The notes beneath the pieces were generated by a model that had not been told where the DNA came from, did not search any database, and saw nothing but the letters and a program-made list of their open reading frames with translations. 64,000 bases of DNA from Nemertoderma westbladi (Eukaryota; Animalia; Xenacoelomorpha): positions 53,687 through 117,686 of the forward strand of contig JAUCBJ010008061.1 in assembly GCA_032718475.1 (NCBI GenBank), read 5' to 3'. Every line of letters begins with the position of its first letter. The first letter of the stretch is position 1. The position numbers and the translations under genes are program-made. Shown piece after piece: positions 10,155 through 21,855 of this stretch.

Positions 10155-10476
10155 TATTATTATTATTATTTTATGTAATAACAATTAAATAACAGCGACA
10201 AGACAGATAAATAAATATTAATGATATTTTTTTCTATTCTATTCATATATTTATATAGATCATGTTATATATATACAACCAATCAACTAAGAACACGTGT
10301 CACATGTAACCAATAGAAAGTAAATAATAACAGTAAATGAAGCAAAATAGGTCAGGCTACAGTATAACTTGGATATTTATCGCCTTTTTCTCTCGAGGTT
10401 GGAAGGAAGAGTGAGTGGTGAGTTGTGAGGAGTTATAACGGTCCCGAGTTCGAACCCAGTTGAATATTTTGTTATC

Positions 10477-10748
10477 TGAAAAATTGCGAAATGAAAAATA
10501 GTAGAAGTTACCTGTAGACACCTCTAGCATCTGTAAAATAAAGGTTGGTGAATATGAAAATACTGGTTGGTGAAAAATTACGAAATGAAAAATAGTAGAC
10601 GTTACCTGTAGACACTCGTAGCGCCTGTAAAATAAAGGTTGGTGAATATGAAAATACTGGTTGCTGAAAAATAGCGATTTGAAAAATAGTAGACGTTACC
10701 TGATGCTAAGTGTAGACACCCGAACACCTGTAAAATAAAGGTTGGTGA
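10477..10748. repeat. Three imperfect tandem units of ~94 bp
   Basis: tgaaaaa...gaaaaatagtaga(a/c)gttacctg...ctgtaaaataaaggttggtga repeated three times. Confidence 0.85.
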
Positions 10749-10959
10749 TTGGATGCAGTACTAGCGTTGGGTGACTAATAACGCCTCTAGCGGAATAAGC
10801 GGGAACTTGAGAAGTTACCATGGTTACGAATGAAATGCTGGCATCTGATTGGTTGAAATAATAACGACCACTGGTAAAGGTTGAAATGGTGGCTTCTGAT
10901 TGGATGCAGTAATAGAAATGGATGGTAATGATGGGCTATGGGTGACCTTGTGCGGATGT

Positions 10960-11330
10960 CATAGCTTCTTATACTACTTATATCATCGGGTCTGTAAACC
11001 AGTTGCAGCCGGTACGGAACTCCTTGCTTGGTACGGAATGGGATACGCGGAGGAATTGGGATTAATTTTCAAACAACCGAAGAATAAGAAATTGGGAATG
11101 AAAGTTTTGTAAGACGGGCTGATTCTGTGTGCCGGGTGTGGCAGTTACCGGTCTGATAATCAGGAGGCAATTCTTAAAAACCAGGGTAGTCTGGGGGATG
11201 TGCTGAGAGAAATAGATTAGATTTATCTTACGATAAGAGTTTATTTACGTAAATTCCCGTGCGAACATTGTGACGCCGTCTACACTGTGGAATCTTTCCT
11301 CGTTTCTCATTTAAAACGGAAACACATTGA
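10960..11330 (+). pseudogene. PRDM-like remnant: C-terminal part of a PR/SET domain followed by a C2H2 zinc finger
   Basis: LYHRVCKPVAAGTELLAWYGMGYAEELGL matches the PR/SET ending YYR...I..G.ELLVWYG..Y...LG. Downstream FPCEHCDAVYTVESFLVSHLKRKH. Contains stops and frameshifts. Confidence 0.75.
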
Positions 11331-11689
11331 ACCCGTAGCTATACACCAACAAACAGGTTCGGGTTCCAACGTTCCTACTGGTCCCAAGAAACGATCCAAT
11401 GCAGATAAACAGATGAGGGATGAGGTTCTAGTGGTAAAGTATTTGCAAATAAACGAAGTCAAAATTAGTTTATTGAGTTCTTTGTTGGTTAACTAAATTA
11501 AAAAATATGTTATCTTTAATTATTTTTGCTAGAAATTTCTACTGTTTGTATACAGTACCACCGATATTTGTGAATCGCTTCCAGTTGTATTTTTATGTAA
11601 AGTTATCTCTTATGTCAAATAAGCCGTTTTAAGCCACTTCATTTTTAAAGTTATAATCTGTGCCCGCTTAATTATACAGAGGCAGTACT

Positions 11690-12316
11690 TTAGGGGTGGG
11701 GTGGTACACTATTTTGGTTCCTTTAGGGGTGGGGTAGTACACTATTTTGGTTCATTTAGGGGTGGGGTAGTACACTATTTTGGTTCCTTTAGGGGTGGGG
11801 TAGTACACTATTTTGGTTCCTTTAGGGGTGGGGTAGTACACTATTTTGGTTCCTTTAGAGGGGTGGGGTAGTACACTATTTTGGTTCCTTTAGGGGTGGG
11901 GTAGTACACTATTTTGGTTCCTTTAGAGGGGTGGGGTAGTACACTATTTTGGTTCCTTTAGGGGTGGGGTAGTACACTATTTTGGTTCCTTTAGAGGGGT
12001 GGGGTAGTACACTATTTTGGTTCCTTTAGAGGTGGGGTAGTACACTATTTTGGTTCCTTTAGAGGGGTGGGGTAGTACACTATTTTGGTTCCTTTAGAGG
12101 GGTGGGGTAGTACACTATTTTGGTTCCTTTAGGGGTGGGGTAGTACACTATTTTGGTTCCTTTAGGGGTGGGGTAGTACACTATTTTGGTTCCTTTAGGG
12201 GGGTGGGGTAGTACACTATTTTGGTTCCTTTAGAGGGGTGGGGTAGTACACTATTTTGGTTCCTTTAGGGGTGGGGTAGTACACTATTTTGGTTCCTTTA
12301 GGGGTGGGGTAGTACT
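11690..12316. repeat. G-rich minisatellite, about 18 units of 33-35 bp
   Basis: Unit ggggtggggtagtacactattttggttccttta(ga), nearly identical copies. Confidence 0.95.
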
Positions 12317-13195
12317 CTGAAATTGATTTTACGATCGATTATTTTACAAGATTAATTAAGATAAGTTTCCAAATACCGGTAGCCCTTCTAATTTTCGAGT
12401 TCTCACAATTATTATTACCATTCACAACCACAACTTTTTAGCAATTGGGTTGAAAATTCTTTGCGTGTCTCCATAGTAAAATGTGCTTAAAAGTATCAGA
12501 CAACTTTTACAAATTGCTAGTTAATAAAATTTTATACTATTTATAACAAACCTAAAAATTTCCATAAATTTACGGCACCACCTAGCGGCGTATAATTATT
12601 TTCCAAATTCGTCTGATAGATTGTTGCCACAACTTTGTGCTCTTTTAATAAAAACTATCACGTTATTAAAGTTAAAACTGTGAAAGCCTTAGGGCTTTAA
12701 ACGCAACCACGTATTTTTCTATGTAATCTAGTTAACTGATATTATAAATAGTGTAAAATATTCTAGTAAAAACCCCTATAAATAATATCTTACGTACCGT
12801 CGTACCTAACGAAAATTTGCACCCACAAAATTTAAGCCAAAACCTCCCACTTTTGAAACGCACGGAGTGGCCCCCTTCATTGATCTTATGTTATAATATT
12901 TTTGTCCGTTGTAACAAACTGACAACTCATAACTTCGCTGCGTGTGTAGGCCTATTATTTAAATTGACGCTTATTTTTAAATTTTTAATATTTAACCTGG
13001 TTTTTAGCTATCCGGTTATCGTCATGGCAAGATGTATTTAATATTGTTTTCACTTCATATTGACTTACTGCACTACATTAACTTTTTCCTTGGGGACCCT
13101 CATGGAAACGAGTTGAGCAACTTATGAGGCAGGCTATCCCCAGCACAATAATTTTATTATGATTTTAACTTTTTTATGTACATAATTTTTTATAA

Positions 13196-13523
13196 AGGGG
13201 CCGTCCAAGTATGACGTCTGCACTTTTCCCCAAAATGTTGACCCCCTCCCTCCCCTAAATCAGATGTCATCAGATAGGCGTTGACCCCCCCCCTCCCCTA
13301 AATCAGATTAAAAAAAATTTCGCGTCCTAATCACTGAAACATGGTGACTGGTAACTGAAACAGAAGGTCGTGCTACGGGCCTTCGGGGGCTTCGAACAAT
13401 TAAAATAGGCAAGCTATTTACTCTTCTGCTATATCTCTTCTAGCACCTATAAATGAACATGCTGACGTCAGATTTTGGCTGACCCCCTCCCCTCCCCTCA
13501 TCAGCACGTCATCAGATTTTCCC

Positions 13524-13560
<37 letters not shown>
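13196..13560. mobile_element. Fragment of a non-autonomous DNA transposon (one terminus visible)
   Basis: Begins aggggccgtccaagtatgacgtc with repeated gaccccc(t)ccctcccct motifs; ends in a long poly-C run. Confidence 0.4.
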
Positions 13561-15399
13561 CCCTGTACTGTACTTGTATTTATTGCAATATTACCCGTAC
13601 AGTATGTCTGTATAATTTACACTGTCGAGTCGACAATTATTTATCGTGCAATAAATTCTCTCAATCTCAGCAACTTCTTTAGCCGACACCACTACTCCAG
13701 AATGGAGTTGGTCTCTAATTCTCAATAGCATCAGTAATAAATTTCCAAAATTAATCAGCCTAATTTGAATGCACAGGTCTGCTGTATTTTTCATTTGCTA
13801 CGATCTCACATCCAATTTAGCTATCATATAGTACAGAACAGTAAGCAGCTTTAGCAATATTAATTGTGGAGTTATACATCACTGTGTGTGTAATGAGCTC
13901 ACAGAGACCCCCAGCAGGGTGGAATCAACCCAAAGCGAATTAATCTAATGTAAAGATGCCTCTCTCCTACCTCACATAACTAGCATGAAGAATAATAATT
14001 GTTTAATAAGGAGTTTAACGTATTCACTGCACTGATGCAAGAAATTGAGATCAATACTAGAACTCACAATGAGTAAGTAGGCTTAGGCTTACTGGTAAAC
14101 CATCATCTACCTACTGTACATAAATCAATCTGCATATACAGCAATTCCGCATATACAAGATAAGTGTGCTACTATATGTCCTACTGCATTACCAAATATG
14201 AGTAATAATAATTTATTACACCGTAAATAATGTAGAATATTATTGTAATAATGCTTGATTCTCATCTCGATTAGTTATCAATCGCAAAATAAATATGATG
14301 TACGTTATACTGTACAATCAATATACGTAGGCCTACTGTAGTGTTAGTGTAAATGGAACGTTATTTTCGCGACGTTATTATAATTTTAGTAACAATTAGT
14401 AAAAAGAAAGAAAAATACTCAAAAGTAATAGGTATGGGTAAACAGGAATTTACATTTTCAAGATATACAGTATCAATTGAATTAGATAAATAAAAAAATA
14501 TATAACTACTGTAATTTTATATTGTATTTCTTGATTTATTTTTATTATTGAAGAAAGGGCGGTGGGCGGGGACTCTACCTCTCCAGGGGAAAATCCTCAC
14601 AACTAACCACTGATTCATCTTAAAAATTAAAATGTAACAGCCTGTTCTATTGACTCGTTTATTGCTTTGGTTAGAATAACGTTCCTCTGTAACCTGCTCC
14701 TTTCTCGTAATTGATAATAATTTAACATTAAGACGAGATATCAATTCGGAGAGACATGCGTTAAGTTTTCTAGCTGTCTCTAATAACTTTACTCTGTATT
14801 CTTATTTCATGGTTAGAGGTTTCAGGCTCTACGTTAGATCATTGGTTATGTGTTATTTTACACCTAATATTTGTTATAAAACCATCTAGTTTTTTCATTA
14901 AATCATAACTTTTAGAACAACACCATCATTAATTAAAGTTTTTATATTATAGTCCAAGCGAGCATGCTCTAAAACATTCATTAATAAAACATTAATAAAT
15001 TAAATTTCAACACAAACTGTGCTGTAACAAAACGCGCCATCCATTCCATTCGAGCCATCTTAGATTCCTCACTTGCCAAAGACATGACGCCAAAGTGCGG
15101 ATATTGCCTAGAAGCCTACATTCATCTCAAAGGGGACCATTATTATTGCGTATTGAAAATATTTATATAATTATTAAGTACCGGTATTTTTATAATTTTT
15201 TTATTTAATGAAATAAAAAAATACTAAAAAATAGCTGGATTTTTAATTAAATATTTGATTAATAAAATTATACAGTAGGTTATACTATAGATTTGATACA
15301 GTAACATCGAACCAAGAACAATTAATATACATAAATTTGGAAACACTACTACATTTTTTGGGTGGGTGCCGTGAATTTTATACCTAAGTATGTACTAAG

Positions 15400-16270
15400 A
15401 TCGGCATGCTGATATATATATATTACATATATAATAAGAATGCTGTGCCGGCTTGTTGACAAAATTGCGCCGCCACAACTCCCTATCACACATGACATTT
15501 GCTAGATCATCCGCATCTTCAAGGCCAGTGTCCTTTAAGATGCGTCTCAAGAAAGTCATGGGCTGTCCACCATGCTTATTCACTCCATGAGGCTGCCAAA
15601 GCACAAGATTATGCACAGGCTGCTCCTCACCGCGAAAGCAATGTCCTGCAAAGCGGAGGCGATTTTGTTCTAGTGACAAGCTTGGGGGAACCAATAAGAC
15701 ACCTCCAAATTTATATGTCTTTTTCTTTTATTTTTTTGGAGATTTGTGCATTGTACTTGACACAGTGAACCCAGCGTAACATTCTTGTGAATGTGCCATC
15801 AAGAGATTTGGTGTCCTCAGCAGTTAGAGCGCAGCATGGACTCCAATGGAGGAGTACTGGAACTACTGCTGCTCTAAATAATCGGACCGTAAGTTTCCGA
15901 TAAATTTTATGTGCCTTCCAAACCCTGGGAAGACCATCCAAGGCTGCCCATGCCTTTCCCTTAGGGATTCGAAGGTCTGCACCTGACTTTCGGATCCATG
16001 GTCCCAAATAGCAGAAGTCATCCACGTGCTCAAGCAAGCCGTCCCTAGAGCTTATGCCCTTACGATCAGATATTTCTTGAGGGCTGTCAGGTAGACTGTC
16101 ATAATTTTAATCTTCTTGGAGTTTATAAAAAGACCAAGGGGATCTGGAACTGGATCTGTATAACCATCAGCAGTTGACACAAATGTGGTGGAACCATCGT
16201 ACAGTGATCTGATATCTGTAATAATTTCCTCAGGAATCCCATATGCTGCCAGTATGCTGACAGCATACTG
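15400..16270 (-). mobile_element. Degenerate RTE-like non-LTR retrotransposon, RT and 3' region
   Basis: ILAAYGIPEEI...LY; HVDDFCYLG; KAWAAL...VWK; LFRAAVVPVLL; RLRFAGHCFR...LVLWQP...DRELWR, split across frames. Confidence 0.85.
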
Positions 16271-16399
16271 GCAGTTTGTTTGGATGCTGATCACAATTAT
16301 AAAACTAAAATATAACATTCGAGACAATTTTTGGTAATTTTGAATGTGCCCCCTGGGACGCGAATAAAACAATTAGTGCAAATATGATACCACTTTTCA

Positions 16400-17500
16400 T
16401 ATTCTGGGAGACTTGCTAAGAAGTTTCCTAAGGTGGTTCTGATTGTGTGCTATTATCCAACTAGATTCTCCAAAGAAGGCTACTTACTACTGATGAAGTG
16501 GATCAGCATGCAATCTTAACTCTCCTGGGTGACTTTAACGCAAGTCTACATCACTCATTTAAATACCCTTGGTGTATAGCAATTGTGTTAACCGAAATTT
16601 CATCTACCTTCAGGATTTCATCTCGGGAAATTAATTATATTGGTTTGTTTTTGGCAGGACCCTGTTCAAGAAACACAATTGTAGTGCTGTGTGGTCTCAT
16701 ACAGGTCCCAGTTTTCATAAATCAAAGAAAGGCCGCCATTTTCTAGTTCGTAAGAAATACTGAGGTTCTGTACAAGACTACCTTGCATCTCCTCTTCACT
16801 CCTTCACAAGTTATCATCGTCTTATTGTAGCCAAGGTAAAGCTTTTCCTCCGCATTAGCTGAATTAATAAGTATGACTTGCCACGGCATGTCCTTTCATG
16901 TTGCAACATTTCATGAGATCCAGCTTCACACTACAGCTAATTAACAGTGAGACCCTCGCCTCTGAGGCAGCAGATCACTACGAGGACTATACTGCCTTCA
17001 CAGACACAGAAGTAGTTAAGTTAGCAGCTGCAGAAACAGTCAATAAATAGGGTGTAAACTCGAAACTACAGTAAAAAGGCACCCTGAATTGCCTAAAGAA
17101 TTTGCCAGTGCCGAGAGAACCCCAGTAAGGTCAAAGATTCAGTTCACCTGAGTGCATCTAGGTCTCAAAGAACAGTTATCTGATAGCCTGTAACAGGTTG
17201 ACGCTATCAATGACAGAGATGAAGCAGGCAATATTTCCAGGCATGGAAATTCTCAACTTGCTGACTGAGAGGAAAAGCCAGCCAACCAGTAATGTTAAGG
17301 TTTAGGATAAGGTTAATTGTCTTTGACAAGTTCCGAAAAAATGCAGGGTAGTTATTGCCTGACAACTTTGTGACTCAAATGTTGTCTGGTTAGTCCAAAC
17401 TCCCAGATATCCATTGGTGATATTTCCTTTGGGGAAGTCAAGGCTGCTGAGTGTTTGGAGCTCGTTTACCCAATCATCGTAGACATATACAATGACAGTC
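16400..17500 (+). mobile_element. Degenerate AP-endonuclease/linker region of an RTE-like LINE, inverted relative to the adjacent RT part
   Basis: LLGDFNA motif, followed by heavily disrupted LINE-like sequence. Confidence 0.5.
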
Positions 17501-17798
17501 CTAAAATAAATATGAATTAATAAGTTGGTTAATTCGTTTGATCACTCTACGGAAGATATTCGAATACGTAAGGGTAATACTGTACTGTATGCTGGAAAGG
17601 CTTAATGTAATGTTAAAGTGTTATAATTAACTAGACGTTTTTTGAGATATTCTGATAGTTCTGGAATTTTAATTTACGCTTTCTTACTGCACTGGTACTG
17701 TGTATCGTCGGTAACAAACCATACTCAACATCATTCTGTATTTAGCCTCTGTAAACTATAAAATACTCGTTGCATACACGTAAACGAATAACTAAACT

Positions 17799-18575
17799 AT
17801 GGGGTACAAACATATACAACCCGCGGGTGCTACAGCAATGGGCCTTTGTAAGTTTGCACTATTATACGCTCTTTACATGATTCTAAATATTACGGTCTGT
17901 TATGGAGGGGTCACCTGTTATAATGAAGTGATGTCACTATTTACTACATCTACTGAGCGGCTACAACAAGAGATTTACAAAAAGATAGAAAACCTATATA
18001 GTAGCAATGAGCAATTTTTTGAAGATCTCCAATACACAACAAAACGCCATAGTAATATCAAACACATGGAACACAACTGCACAGAATGTGCCCATTACTT
18101 CTTTCGACATATCGCTGTTCATGATGAGACCGGGGATGAGTTCATGTCCGATGGTGTCATCGAAGAATGCATAATAAACAACGGGGCTGAAAAGAGCCGG
18201 GAGACACAGTGCATGAATCTGGATGAAGAAAGATGTACAGGACACATGCAACAGTTAGAATATGAATACGAAAGAAATAAGCAGAGTAATAACGACGTGC
18301 AAAGTGAGCAGGGTAACTTGGTCCGATTTATGCTCATCACTAGAGAGTATTTGACACACGGGATGACTGAAATATACAGTTCGTGTCAGTTTTTATGTTG
18401 TCTTGGTGAGTGTACTACCGATCCAGTCTGGGAGAGGGATCTAGCTTCTTCAACTACTACCAGGATGGAGGTTGAAGAAACCACAACAACACCAACAGCA
18501 GGATGCAGTTCAGTTGTTGCCACTGTGGTATTTCCTATGATTTTGTTGCTGGCTACATTGATTGGAGTCTTTTAG
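17799..18575 (+). CDS. Intronless secreted or GPI-anchored cysteine-rich protein (Ly6/three-finger-like layout)
   Basis: Hydrophobic signal region ending VCYG|GVTCY; spaced Cys; CQFLCCLGEC; Thr-rich stalk; hydrophobic C-terminal tail; TATAAAA at ~17757. Confidence 0.6.
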   Translation: MGYKHIQPAGATAMGLCKFALLYALYMILNITVCYGGVTCYNEVMSLFTTSTERLQQEIYKKIENLYSSNEQFFEDLQYTTKRHSNIKHMEHNCTECAHYFFRHIAVHDETGDEFMSDGVIEECIINNGAEKSRETQCMNLDEERCTGHMQQLEYEYERNKQSNNDVQSEQGNLVRFMLITREYLTHGMTEIYSSCQFLCCLGECTTDPVWERDLASSTTTRMEVEETTTTPTAGCSSVVATVVFPMILLLATLIGVF

Positions 18576-18790
18576 AAACAGATTCGACTTTGTGTGAACA
18601 AAACTAAATATATATTACAGTAGTGTGGGTGTTGGGTGAGCCTTGAAAAGAAATGAAACTCTGTCAGTGCTGGGGGAATCGTCGAAAATTAAGTTCGAAA
18701 ATATGAACCTGAAACTGTTGACTCTGTTTCATTGTTTTGGACGGAATATACTGTTAATTTATTTAACGCAGTCCATATAGTTGATAACTA

Positions 18791-20601
18791 GGGCAATTCC
18801 ACAGAAAATGGGACACGACCATGGGAATATAAAAGTCCGGAATCATCAAAATTTGTTATGAAATCGGTGCTGGGGATAGTTGAAATGTATGAAAATGGAG
18901 AACATATCACTTTTAATGCAACATTAAAATTTTTTCGATGTTTTAAAGTAAAGGCAACATGTTTTTAAGTCGTAGTGAAAAACGGTATGTAAATATAATA
19001 TGCTAAGCAATAGTACTAGATTGCAGACTGGAACGAATATTTTTTGTTTACAAACAGGCAATATGTACACCTTTCATATACTAGAGATTTAGGCCTGAGC
19101 TACATATTATAAAGCAGAGCATGGCACTCAAAAACATCCCTGAAATCGTGTCCCGGAAGTCACAAAATAGTATGAAAAGTTTCCATTAAGAAAATAAATC
19201 GGAGTGTATGTGGCAAACAGTGGCAGATTTTCCTAATGTATGACATGGGTCTCCACTGCATATAAATTATTACATCGTAGTGTTAACATTGGATGTAGCA
19301 ATGAGTGATAAAATTTTGTCCCGCGAGTCACATTTCAACACATGTCACACAATTGTCTATATTTCTTATACATAGAAAGTCGCACGTATTCAAACAATGA
19401 AATTACTTTATAGGAAAGTTATAGGCACATCAATCTGTGCAAAATTGTGCCATTATTGCAAAAAAATTAATTTTTCCTGTCCAGGAAGTCACTAAAACCC
19501 ATCGCGATCGCAGTTTACACCCTTTACCAGCAGAGCAATATATAAAAAAGGAGGATAATTTAAACTTAATATGGGTGCCATATCGTGGTTAGTTGAGATT
19601 CGTGAGGAGGGGGAACTTGAAGTGCAGTTTGCTTCTCGCATTCGCAGTGATATAAAACTCCCTGGATCAGCGACCATCAAGCTAGAGTCAGAGTTTGGGT
19701 TGCAGCCGCATCGCTCAGTAGTAAAGGTGTTGGCAAGACCTACGCCTATGGGTGGTACTGTGAGGAGTCAGAAACTGTATCGTTTTGATATTGGGTCATT
19801 TGTTGATGGACACATGCCAGATTAGATAAATTGAATGATAATGATAAATTAGTATGATAAATTGTCCCGGTAGTCACAAATTATTATCAGTAAATTGACT
19901 AATTTCGTGATTAAATGTAATATCTCTCTCTCGATTGTCGTTGTAATACTACTTGATTTTAGTTCCTTATATCTCGGTACACCGAGATCGTGCTCTAATA
20001 CTGGACTAACGGGCTAACTTATCAAATATAGATCAATGTCCCAGAAGTCACAACAAATCCAAATTCACAGCTAATCTAGGGATTTATTGAATTCATGGGA
20101 TTAAAATTATTATTTTCGTATAAACATGTATTCACTTCAATCACACATGGTTATAATTAGGATTTTTGAACTATATTGTAAAATGGGACATGCTGTCCCG
20201 GTAGTCACGTCCCAGCAGTCACACTCAGCAATCTCTGCTGCAGCAACGCCAATTACCCTTTGAACTCGGGAATACTCTAAAAACAAACTTTGGTTGTGAT
20301 GTGGCAACATAAAATATCATTGAAACCAGTATCTTTCGATGGCTGCTGACAGCAAATAAATAAAAAAACGGTCGAAAATTCGTGTCTTTTTTCATGTCCC
20401 CGTAGTCACACGCATAAAAACGCTCACAAAATGGTTCAAATGATTCATATCATGATGTTCTTTATTAATTTTGCAGCCTACATTATCCATGGTTGCATTC
20501 CAATAGCAAGTTTTACATATGCTTGTTATACATCTCCTTAAACCATGTTCAAATGGAGCAACCTTTGGCCTCTCTGTCCCAGGAGTCACATGGAATTACC
20601 C
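18791..20601. mobile_element. Non-autonomous TIR DNA transposon (~1.8 kb) with nine TGTCCC-N3-AGTCAC motifs
   Basis: Imperfect TIRs GGGCAATTCCA...TGGAATTACCC; no clear TSD. Confidence 0.7.
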
Positions 20602-21855
20602 TGTTATTGATAATGTTAGTAGTTTCAGTGTGATAGTGTGATATTCTACATACAATAGGCCGGTATGCGAATCATAGTTTTTAGTTTATACAAAGGCTGG
20701 TAATGACGCAAACTGTAAAGGTTATGTACGTATTATAGGATAGGGGATGACGCAAACAACTTGTATACTGTAAGTCCCACGGTGACGGTACACCACTATT
20801 ATAACGCATCTAAGTTCCTGCAAGGCCGTAGGAATAAAGAAGCCCATTCAACTTTATGTTGTGTGAATTTGAATGCATTTCCTTTTCAATTTCTTTAGCG
20901 GTCTCATAAGATTACGTCAGTAGACACCTGCCCACTCTAATTTAAGACATCTTTCACCGCCCACTAAGTGACATTTGAAATAAAATTCAAAAACTGCGCT
21001 AAAGATGGTTAAATTGACGTATGTATCTACTCCAATAATACGCATACAAATTTACAAGCGTTTATTCGATATGGGCGTATATTACAGTCATTACTTTTAA
21101 ATTAATAACGACATTTTCTTGTCAATCATTGCACGTGTTGTTTGCCGAGAGCAAAGAGTGAAATAAACATTACATTATATCCCTACAGCCGTCAGATACC
21201 TACACCTACAGACAGAGGCGGGTAAATATTGCAACCCCCTGAACCATCATAAGAGTTAAAGTTGATCCTCAGGGTCTAATTGAAGATTTATAGATGACAT
21301 TAACAATCCTACTAATATAATAGCTCAAAAGTACTGCGACTACTACTACTACTACTACAACTCCAAAGTTGCTAAGTTGGTAATATCTCCCTGTTATTTC
21401 TAATTCACAATGCTAATCAAAGGTCAAGCACATTATTATGATTGTTGAGTTGGAAATCAATTGCTAATACAGTAGTGTAACAAGAGTTGTTTCCATAATC
21501 GCCAGCTGTTAATAAACGGATTATTACCATTCATTGAAGGATAACAATGCCAATCAAAGGTCAACCACAATTTCTCAAACCAACTGCTTATTAGTTTTGT
21601 TTCCAATCCCCAGTAAACGAATTGCATTGCCATTCAAGTATCATCAGTAAGATTATAGGTAGGTCACTGTAAACAAAATTTGTACTGTATATTTGTCGCA
21701 ACAGAACAAGTACGAAATTCTGTATAAATTATGATTTTTTGAGAAGCCGTTCTGAAATACAATTTATTTTTACTTTATAATAAAACGGAAGCTGAAACTT
21801 TTAGCATTGGATTTATCTCCCGAACACGCAAATCTCCTTCACGGATAACAGGATT

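Larger units (their letters stand above)
3569..12318 (-). mobile_element. Polinton/Maverick (adintovirus-like endogenous DNA virus), interrupted on the left by the LTR element; right end tentative
   Basis: Compact, intronless, co-oriented AT-rich ORFs: packaging ATPase, rve integrase, penton-like genes, major capsid N-terminus, pX-like protein. Confidence 0.9.

Noticed and set aside
11690-12316. CRISPR array interpretation of the 33-35 bp repeat and other arrays
   Set aside because: Units are contiguous without unique spacers, the context is eukaryotic, and there are no cas genes.
13526-13556. Long poly-C/G runs (also ~30745, ~45587, ~47482, ~63938)
   Set aside because: Probably repeat-associated homopolymers with unreliable length; no function inferred.
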